Shown here one piece after another: positions 53,889 to 64,000 of a DNA stretch of 64,000 nucleotides; the stretch's first letter is position 1; each line of letters begins with the position of its first letter. Under the pieces are notes generated by a model. That model had not been told where the DNA came from. It ran no database searches and worked only from the letters and a program-made list of their open reading frames with translations. The position numbers and the translations under genes were made by a program. Source of the stretch: Neocallimastix sp. 'constans' (Eukaryota); assembly GCA_050613775.1 (NCBI GenBank), contig JBODTK010000126.1, positions 186,001 through 250,000 of the forward strand, written 5' to 3'.

Positions 53889-54085
53889 ATAAAAAAAAAA
53901 TTCATGAGATAACTATGAATATTCTAGAGATTGACATTAAATAAATTTTTTAAAAACTAAATTTTAAAATTCTTGTATTTAATTGGTCTAATCGCAGGGT
54001 TATTTGAATAATAAACATTTTTTTCTCCAGGAAATTGTGTTTGTGTTTATTTGTGTTTATAGATTATAGATTATTAATTTATATG

Positions 54086-54119
<34 letters not shown>

Positions 54120-55069
54120 CTTCTTCTTCTTCTTCTTCTATGAATAATGTAAAAGTGTTGAAATATGTTTAAGTAAATAAGAAATAGGATAAGAAGAAGA
54201 TTTTTTCCATTTTTTTTTTTAAAAGCATCGAAACATCTCCTTAACTCATAAATTAACTATAAGAGATATAAATAGTTCCTTATACATATTATAAATTGTG
54301 GTATTGGGAGAAGTCTTATTTTTAAACACAAAACTCCAAAGCGACCTTCAATTAAAAAAAAAAACAATTCGAGCTTTTTCAATATTTTTTTTATTTGATT
54401 TTAGTAAAGGTGTAAATAGTATAATGAACTAAACAAAGGACAAAGAAAGGTAGAATATGAGTGTTAAAATAGAAAAGTACATTCTTATTAGTTAAAAAAT
54501 CTAAAGAAAGAGTTAATTGTATAATTTACTTTTTATTGTTTAGCAGTAATTCGCTTTAAATCCATTGATTCATTGAAAGGTATTCCAAGATATGTATATT
54601 GATTAGTGCTTGGTATGGTAGATGGCTCATGCCAAGCTTAATTGTAGGAATTTTTTATAATGTTCTGGAGGTAATAAAGTTCTTCCTTGGTTTAACAATT
54701 ATTAAGTGTAGCGTATTTACTAGTACCAAAAGGTCATTTCATTTTTGATACCCCAATCATGAGTTTTATTTAAAAAGATTTTTAAGCAAGGATTTTGTAA
54801 GGCTCAACAAAAACAATATCATCAGTAAATAGGTTACCCCAACATTTTCAACATTTTTTTTTTTTCCAGTTATCACATCATATTTCCGAGATATTGAAAG
54901 TTATTTATTTTGAAAGTTTACTATTAAAATTTTTACTAGCTTTCGAAGAAAAATATAGATTAGTAATAAAACTGAAGCCACTTACCACCAATATCAATAT
55001 TTTTAAATTTTGCATGTATATTTTAAATTGTAACTGAATCCTAAGCTTTTTTTTTTTGAGGAAAAGAAA

Positions 55070-55106
<37 letters not shown>

Positions 55107-55960
55107 AAATTAATCATTAAATTTTCTTCTTTGGTAAATTTCATAAATGGAGATAAATAAACTGATACATTCTTTATTTCTAAAACCAAACTGTTCTGGC
55201 CTAATAATTTTATGAGAAAAAGAATAATTTGAAATTCTTTTAGTTATAAATTTTTTTTTTTTTTTTTTTTTTTTTGATAGAATCTTTTAACCTACATTTG
55301 ATGAGTGAAATACCACAGTAATCATTACTATTTGAAAGATCCCCCTTTCATAAGGAATGGAAACAAATAGAAGCAGAATTTCTTTCATCAGGGAAGTCAT
55401 CATCCTAAATTTTATTAAATAATTAAAAAAATTAGACATTTTTCACAATCGGAATTAAGTAATTTATTGATTAGGATCATTCTGAGAAGAAGTGCTACTA
55501 TACCATCAGGAACAGGTGCTTTTTACTATTTTTTTATTGAAATAACAGTAGAAGGAATTTCTGACGTTGAAATTAATTAATTAATATTCCATGATTCCTT
55601 AGGAGAAGAAGAATTGTTAAGTATTCCTCTCCAATAATTTTCATTTAAGACTATGGCTGGTTATATCAGAAGCAGGTTCTTCATAGTGTTCTGTAAAACT
55701 GTTGAGTTGATCTTCTTAAATACTAGAATGTTAATTGCTTTATTTTAATGTACACAGGTGATTAGGAAAGAGAAAATAGAACTAGCACTAGTTTTAATAT
55801 TCTCCCATCTTTAAGCATGGTTGAATTTAATTTCGTCACCTACTTCATTTGGCAGTAACAAAAGTTTTTTTTTTTCTTTTTTTTACTAAAGAATTCCCAT
55901 AGTTTACTTTCTGTCCAAGATTCAAGGTCGTGAATAAAAATTAAAACAATTTTTTTCATT
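53270..55960 (-). mobile_element. Heavily decayed, internally deleted family-C-like LINE
   Basis: 53270-54480 is colinear with the family C pieces at 32270-35025. RT remnants (LFTDDIVF, YLGIPFNE, KAPVPDG). N-terminal LIFIHDLESWTESKLWEFFSK at about 55880-55945. Confidence 0.82.
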
Positions 55961-56097
55961 GTTTTAATTTTTATTCATACATGGAATAATATTTCTTGAT
56001 TTTTTTTTTTTTTTTTTAAGATTAATTAACTTTGATAAATAATATCGATTATAAATGACTTCAATTAGCAATTGTATTAAAAACATTCAATGTGCGA

Positions 56098-58560
56098 TTT
56101 TTTTTTTTTTTTTTTTATTTTTATTATTTTTTTTTTTTTCTAGACTTAGAGAATAACTTTATTTTTTTTTTTAATTTATAATAATAATAAATTACATGAT
56201 TTAAATGAAAAAAATAAAATATATGAAATGAAATATTATATATTATATGATTATAAAAGTGTGTTAGAAGCAATAGCTTGTAACTTTTCCCATTTATCGA
56301 TGATAAACACCACGTCCATTATTGCGATTAATAATTTTAGTATTAGTGTTATCAAACGAATCTGTATCAGATCTTTCACCCGGAGGTGAAAATTCATGCC
56401 TTATCATTTCGACGCGTCAACGCTTTTAGCGACGGTAGATTCACCAGATTCAACGGAATACCATTTCATCATCAATCTAAAAGATCGACTAATTAATGAT
56501 ATTACGTATGTTAGAAACTCTGCAATCTCCACAAAATACGGAACAGTCGATGAAGTTGAACTTTGTTTAAAAATATTGTCAACTAATTGTCTTTGTTCCA
56601 CATCATTAACTTTTAATTTTTTCATATATTGAACTCCCGCCAAGAAGAGCACTCATTATAAAAAAATAAATATTATTATCATAATCCTTTTCTGAATCTA
56701 AAGAAATATCCAAGGATTTTTGTTCAATTATCATTGCAAACTTCAAAAAAGAGATCATCTAGAAAAGATAAAGATTTATTTCTGTAATTTTCCAATTCTT
56801 TACAGGCAAAGATCCAGTGATAAAAGTTAGGTATACAATTATCACAATATGGGTAACATTTAGGGCAATCTTCTGAGAATATTTTTCTTTTAATGGAAAT
56901 ATTAATATCAAATTTAAAACCACACCTAATTCGAGAAATCCAAAAGAATCCTAATTGATACGTAGGATATTGAAATGTTATGTATTTGATTTCTGAAATA
57001 AATCCAAAATCATACTCCTTGTAAATAATTGCTTTTTTAGCTTTTGAGGGTTTGAAGATATCTCTTTCCCAATAAAACTTTTTTATTTCACTTTGTTTTT
57101 TTACTATTTAATTTCTTATTCAAAGTCCTTGATTCCTTAGTCCATGAGTAATGTGATATAGTACGAATATTATTTGTGAGATGATTAATAATACATGATG
57201 AGTTTTTCCATTTTCTAAAGCATCGTAATTATGACATAGCACAGATAGCTGAAAGAGGAGGTATTCTCAATTCACAAGTAATATCATAAAGACTAACATA
57301 AGAATTACGAGATTTAAATCCATAACTTCAATAAAGTCCTCTATTAATATTTTTTTTGAGCTTTAGAGCATCTGCTCTTATTTGAAACAAAGAGAAGAGC
57401 ATAATATAAAACATGACTAAGAATAAACGAAATTAAAACATATTTCTTCAATGGGAGAGGAAGAGATTTATTAATAAGAAATCGAAAGTACGAATTTAAC
57501 TTGACATTTAAATTACTGTTTAATTTGGATTGTATAGGTTTCAATGACAAAGATTCATTAAAAGGAATATCAAGATAAGTATAGTTGTCAGTTTTAGGTA
57601 ATTTGTTGCTACCAATAAAGAAAGATGGATCTTCGTTATTTATCGGTTTAACAAAGTTAATCGGTTTTACAACAAGAGTAGCACACTTATTAATTCCAAA
57701 AGTCATTTTATTTTTAATAGCTCATTCATGAACCTTATTCATAGTTTTCTTACGAGCTTGTTTAGACGGAGCAAATAAAACAATATCATCAGCAAAAAGT
57801 CCACCACAACAATATTAAGATTCTAAATATACACCATACTTATCACAATTATCTAGTACATCATTATTGAACAAATTGAATAAAATAGGAGATAGAGGGC
57901 ATCCTTGTCTAACACCACGATTAATCAAAAATTCTTCTGAGAGATTACTATTGAAAAAAGCGTGAGATTTAGAGGATAGATAAAGGTTCCTTAAAAATAG
58001 ATGCCATTAACTTCTAATTCTTAAGTTATATTATTTGGTCAAAATATTAAAGATAGGTACTGAATCATAGGCTTTTTTAAGATCGAGAAAAGCAAGATAA
58101 GTAAAATTTCCTTTAAATTTTATTCTTTGATAAATTTCCCTAATTGAAATATATAAACTGATACATTCTTCCTTATTTCTAAATCCAAATTGTTCAGTGT
58201 CTAACAAAATTATGGTCTAATGCATATCTTGAAATTCTATTAGTAACAATCTTTGAAATAATTTTTAAGCCAACATAAATGAAATACCACGATAATTATT
58301 GCAATTTGAAAGATCACTTTTTTTTGGAATTGATATTATAGAAGCCGAATTCCACTCTTCAGGGAAATCACCATTTTGTTAAATAATGAAAGTAAACATT
58401 TTGCACAATCAGAGTAGTGAACATCTGAAGAATCATCTTGATTATCGGATAAATCAGATTTACTAAAGAAGGATTTAAAAAATTCAATCGGAATATAATC
58501 GGGTCCAGGAGCTTTATTATTATTCATATCAAGCACTGTGTTTTGAATTTATTCTATAGT
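56098..58560 (-). mobile_element. 5'-truncated, degenerate family A LINE
   Basis: Colinear with about 26790-29195, with multiple stops and frameshifts. T-rich tail at 56098-56139. Confidence 0.93.
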
Positions 58561-58907
58561 GATAGGATTCTTCCTTACTGAATCCCATAGAAGGGGATAC
58601 GTTCCAGAAGGGAAAATATTTTTTAAAATAATTAAAAAAAATAAAAACAAAAAAACAGAAATAAAAAATAGTAATAAAAATGAAAGTAATAAATAAACAA
58701 CGATTGTACAAAAAATGAAACACTTAAAAAATTAATATTTAAATATTTAAATATTTATTATTATTTTTTTATAATATGCATTATTTTTATTGGTATTCAC
58801 TATCTTTAAATTTATAATTTATACAATTATAATATTTTAAAAGATAATTGTTTAATAATATATTGAAATATGTCATATTATTTTTTAAATTAAATAATAA
58901 GGAAATG

Positions 58908-58945
<38 letters not shown>

Positions 58946-59237
58946 ATAAATACCCAATTTTAAAAATATGAAAAAGAAAAAAAGATTATTTTGTTTTTAA
59001 AAATATAATAAATCTTCAATATTATATATAAATAAATATAATACTATTTATATATATTATAGTAATAATAATTATATATATAAATTAATTTAATATTAAA
59101 AAATAAAAGATAATAGAATGAATATTTTTTTTTTTAAAATTTAAATTTATGTATATTATTATATATATTTTATATTAATTTCATTTTTATTTTTTCAATT
59201 ATTTTTTATTTTTATATTTTTATTATTTTTTTTATTA

Positions 59238-59277
<40 letters not shown>

Positions 59278-59286
59278 TTTAATTTA

Positions 59287-60855
59287 TTAATTATTTTGTA
59301 CTATTTGATCATCTTGTTGTTGCTGTTTTAACTTTTTTGCTCTTCTTCTTTTGTTTTGATGATTATTACTTGATCTTGCTCTTTTATTAATGAACCAATC
59401 ATTAATTTGTCTGTGAGTTAAATGAGTTTCACGAACAAGCCTATCCTTTTCATTATTTGAAGGATAATGCGATGTATTATACGAAGTTTCTAATATATGA
59501 ATAATATATTTTGGGAATCTTCTAGATTCTTTTTCCTTCTTTTTTCCATTTGGACCAACAGCACCATTTCTGTTCACATTTTGTTCATTATTTACATTAT
59601 CAATTATATTTTTATCTATATTTGTTACTAATTTTATAGTTTTGTTAATATCTACATCAAAATTATTATTTACCATGTTATCTTGATTTGATATTATATT
59701 ACTATTATTATTACTACTATTATTATTACTACTATTATTATTACTATTATTATAACTACTATTATTATAACTACTATTATTATAACTACTATTATTATAA
59801 CTACTATTATTATTATTATTAATATTATTATAATTCATTGATGGCATCATGGATGAATTTGAATTTTCACCATTATGGTAATAGGAATTATTTTGATAAT
59901 GATTGTATGAACTATTTTGATTGTATGAACTATTTTGTTCATTAAAAGAATTTTGGTCAACTTTAATTGAAGGAGGGGGTAATGAAACAGAAGGCTGATT
60001 TGATTGACGGTTTTGAATGTTATACATATGATCAGAATTAGGTGATGGATTACTATGAGAAAAAACATTCTCTTCATAATTATTTATTTTATTGTCAGGA
60101 TAAAATCTATTATTATAATTAGAGTTATTATTTTGTATTGGATATGAACTGTTTTGATTGTTGGGTATATTGTAATTTTTATTATCATTATCTCTTGCTG
60201 AAGAATATGACGATTTTCTACTTACTTTGAAGTCATTATGTTGATTATTAAAGCTTTTATAATAGAATAAATCTTCTTTATTAATTTCCATAGAATTTAT
60301 CTCTAAATGACCAGAAATATTATTTAATTTATTTCTAAATGAAGGTATATCAGGTATAGGTAATATATTATCTTTCATAGGAGAATTAACAACCTTTGTC
60401 TCCAAAAGATATGATATTGGAGGTAAAACATTGGAACTTCTATAGGAATAATCTTCTTTTTCTTTATTAGAAAAGAAAGGATCTTTTGAACTTTTATTAT
60501 CATTATCCATGTTATCCATATAGCCAATTATAGGAGAAGAATATACAGTTGAAGAGGGAGAACAATATGGATTATTATTATTATATAAGGTAAAATTTTT
60601 ATTTTCTTTGCTATTTATAGGAGATAAGGATATAAGACTACTTTTAAAAACTTTATGTATTGTATTATTTTTAATTAATTTATCAGTAAATACACTTTTT
60701 TGATATTTATTCAAGTTATTGTTATTATCGTTTATATTTTCAAGTATTTGTTCATCCTTTTCTTTTAATTGTAATAAAACGTTGGCAACATCAATTTCTG
60801 ATTTAATATTTCCTTGTTCTTTTTTTGGTATTGCTACGTTTTGAATAATTGGCAT
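59287..60855 (-). CDS. Homeodomain transcription factor with Asn/Ser-rich low-complexity region, 522 aa, apparently intronless
   Basis: C-terminal RRFPKYIIHILETSYNTSHYPSNNEKDRLVRETHLTHRQINDWFINKRAR fits the homeodomain pattern, followed by a basic KRRRAKK segment. Confidence 0.9.
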   Translation of the reverse strand: MPIIQNVAIPKKEQGNIKSEIDVANVLLQLKEKDEQILENINDNNNNLNKYQKSVFTDKLIKNNTIHKVFKSSLISLSPINSKENKNFTLYNNNNPYCSPSSTVYSSPIIGYMDNMDNDNKSSKDPFFSNKEKEDYSYRSSNVLPPISYLLETKVVNSPMKDNILPIPDIPSFRNKLNNISGHLEINSMEINKEDLFYYKSFNNQHNDFKVSRKSSYSSARDNDNKNYNIPNNQNSSYPIQNNNSNYNNRFYPDNKINNYEENVFSHSNPSPNSDHMYNIQNRQSNQPSVSLPPPSIKVDQNSFNEQNSSYNQNSSYNHYQNNSYYHNGENSNSSMMPSMNYNNINNNNNSSYNNSSYNNSSYNNSSYNNSNNNSSNNNSSNNNSNIISNQDNMVNNNFDVDINKTIKLVTNIDKNIIDNVNNEQNVNRNGAVGPNGKKKEKESRRFPKYIIHILETSYNTSHYPSNNEKDRLVRETHLTHRQINDWFINKRARSSNNHQNKRRRAKKLKQQQQDDQIVQNN

Positions 60856-60998
60856 ATTTATTATTCCTGGATATATATAAATTATTAATATCTAATTAAT
60901 AACAATATTCCAAAAAATTTTATTTAATTTATGCATAAAATTATCTACCTTCAACTTTCATACTTCATTATATTATTGCATAAAAAAAATATAGTTCT

Positions 60999-61030
<32 letters not shown>

Positions 61031-61181
61031 GTCTATTTGTCTGTATTATTTACTGAATAATTTTTAAAAATTAACTATTATTTTTATTTTTTGCGTTACT
61101 AAAAATATTTGTGAAAAGACTTTATCTCTTTAAAAAAATAAATATTACTAAAAATTTAAAAAAAAGTTTAAATAAATATGT

Positions 61182-61214
<33 letters not shown>

Positions 61215-64000
61215 ATAATAAATTAATATTAATAACTAAATAATTAATTGAAAAAAAATTTTTTTTATACTCTCTAAAAGGGTATAAATAAAAAAAAGGG
61301 AAATAATAAATATTTATATTTTTTTTCTTTTTTCTTTTTTTTTTTTGTCAAATTTTTAAAATATAGCTATTTAAAATTACATTTAAAAATAATTTAATTA
61401 TCTATGATATATTTTGAATAGTAAAACAGAAATAAAAAATTAAAATTTAAATATAAAAAAGTTTTTTTTTTTTGTATTTATTAATATAATTATTTATAAG
61501 TATATTAATAATATTTAACCTATATATTTAAAATATAATTTAATATATTACATTTCAAAAATTATTTTTATTATATAATTATGCACACTAAATAATATAT
61601 TATAATATATTATTATATATTATAAGTAGTATTTTGATAAATTAGTTATAATTTTATTTTGGATAGAATTTTTTTTAAAAAACCATTTCTTTAATTATAA
61701 AATAAAAAAGTTTATAATATTTAATTGGATTTTAACCTTTTTTTTTTTTAATGTATTTAAAATAAATAATTAAAATCACCATAAGTTAAATTATTTATAT
61801 ATAAATATTCTATATTTTTATATAATATTTATTGACCAATAATATTAGTATATTTTGTATACTACGAAGTTATTTAAAATATATATTAAAATAATATATA
61901 ATATAATATATTACCAATAAAAATAAAATATATTATATATTCTGTCAAAATGTTCTAAATTATTTTGATTAAAAATAATCTTTTTTCCAAAAAAAGAAAT
62001 TTTATTTCTTAGCATTCCTTTTTTTATATTATTTAAAATTATCTATAAAAAATTTATTTATATTCCTATAAATAATATATAATTTTAATATATTAATTAG
62101 ATAATATATTTAATATATTTTAAATATTTTAAATACTTATAATTTTTTTTAATATATAATAAAAGTATTTATATACATTTTTTTTTTTTGTAATAAAAAA
62201 TTTTTTAAAATTAATACTATTATTAGTTCAATATTTGACATATGTAATTTTAAATTTAGTCCAACAAAAAAGTTCTCTTAATGAATGTGGAAAAATATTG
62301 TAAAATATCAAATAATGAATATATAACAAACATAAATAATATATATTTTCTTTTCCATTATTAAATAATATTTATTATTTAATAGTAGAAAAGAAAATAG
62401 TTGTAGTATTGTTGCTTTAGACAATAGAAAAAACTATGTATTGTACTCACTCAAAAGTGGAAGGAATATTCAATTGTTATTTTCTATTATGAGTACTAGG
62501 ATGCTTCTGTAATCCTCATTAAAATAATGACTTTTTTATTAAGTTGCTTACTTCTTACTAATAATTCTTTAGTTGATTTTGTAAATTTAGAGAGAAAATA
62601 GACTTTTAGTTAATTGTTGTTATAAATAGAGATTATAAAATCACTATGAAAATTTAACCCTTCTATATATTATGTTTTTAAAAGTTTTTTTTAGTAAAAA
62701 AGTCTTACTTTCTAATAGAATTGAGAAAAAGTATTTTAATTATGATATGATTCTTTTTATTTAATTATTCATTAATATATTAAATTTCGAATAAATATTA
62801 ATAATATATTAATAATTTAAAACTGTAGAGTATGAATTCTTTAAAAAAAAATGATTAATAATATTTTATTCTTTTTTTTTTTTTTTAATTTTCTTTATTA
62901 AATTTTTTTTATATTATATTATTATTATATTATTATTATATATAAACAGTTGAAAATAAAAAATTATTATATATCTTCAAAATATGATATTTAAATATTG
63001 TATGATATTTTCAAAATAAACTCTATAAAGTGCAAAAGTTGATCAGTTTAGATTCAATAAATATATAATTATTGATTATTTATTTATGAAGTAATAGTAT
63101 GTCTTATGCCAAGATTTTTTAGCAGTGAAATTTAATATAAATGAGTAAAATAAAAATGCTTTAACTTCCACTTTTAGAAATAAAAATTAATATGCAATTA
63201 AATATTTATTATACAAACTTCATATATTATTATTTAATTAATTTATTATTTATTATCAATATATATAATATATAATTTAATTATTTTTTTTATAAATTAA
63301 AAAAAAAAGAAGTAAATATAATTATATAGTTTTTTAATTTATATTATTTGGTAAGCTAATAATTTTTAATTATAATTAATGTGCTAAATTACTTAAATAT
63401 TATTGGTTATTTTATTTTCTATGTAATTATGGAAAAAGTTTTTAAATAGATTTTTTATAAAATATTGTTTTTAAATTTTTTTTTTTGACATTTTTAAAAT
63501 ATATTTTATAGCAAAATATTTTAATAATATATATTATTATTTAAATTCTAAACATTATTTAATATATAAATATTGAAGAGATTATTATCTATGTCAAAAC
63601 TTTTATTTATTTTTAAATGAATATTATATTATTTATTCAATTTTCTTAAATTTAAGCTATTCATAATTAATAATATAATGATGTTTTTTATAAAATAATT
63701 TAATAAATATTTTTAAGAAAGTATTCATTACATTATTTTTATTAAAGCAACTTTTTTTTTAAAATGTAATAGATAAAAATACTTCTAAATATACTAAATA
63801 TAAATGTTTTTAATATTTATTATAAAATAACTATACATGTTTTTATGATTTTTTATATAAGACACTTTTAAGTTTTTAATAGTTCTAATAACTAATTTAT
63901 TAATTTTTAATATTTTCAAGAAATCAAAGAAATATAAATATTAAAGATTATATTAATATTAAAAAAATAAAAATTTGAAACATAATTTTTTAATAAGGCG

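Noticed and set aside
55931..55977. Perfect inverted repeat of about 20 bp (another of 16 bp at 47284-47352)
   Set aside because: AT-rich and single-copy; the first looks like a local fold-back in a decayed LINE. No function supportable.

Overview
Extremely AT-rich eukaryotic DNA with GT-AG introns. Composition and gene content (secreted CotH-kinase-family proteins, one fused to CBM18 repeats) point to an anaerobic gut fungus (Neocallimastigomycota); this is an inference. Three host genes are supported: a 4-exon CotH gene (5636-8243, +), a 2-exon CotH + 7x CBM18 gene (36073-39493, -) and a homeodomain gene (59287-60855, -). Most other identifiable sequence is non-LTR retrotransposon (APE endonuclease, RT, CCHC finger; RTE-like motifs) from about six families, labelled A-F here, including a 16-kb single-orientation stack at 18761-35025. 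There is also a SINE-like insert, two MITE types and a MITE-centred 1.07-kb duplication. The most novel signals are RNA-level: (1) both full-length LINEs (families A and B) begin with a U4/box C/D-type kink-turn whose stems differ but still pair; (2) a covarying stem/internal-loop/hairpin motif lies near the ORF 3' end of all six families and is shared with the non-coding SINE-like element. Family labels and RNA folds were derived by eye, not computed.
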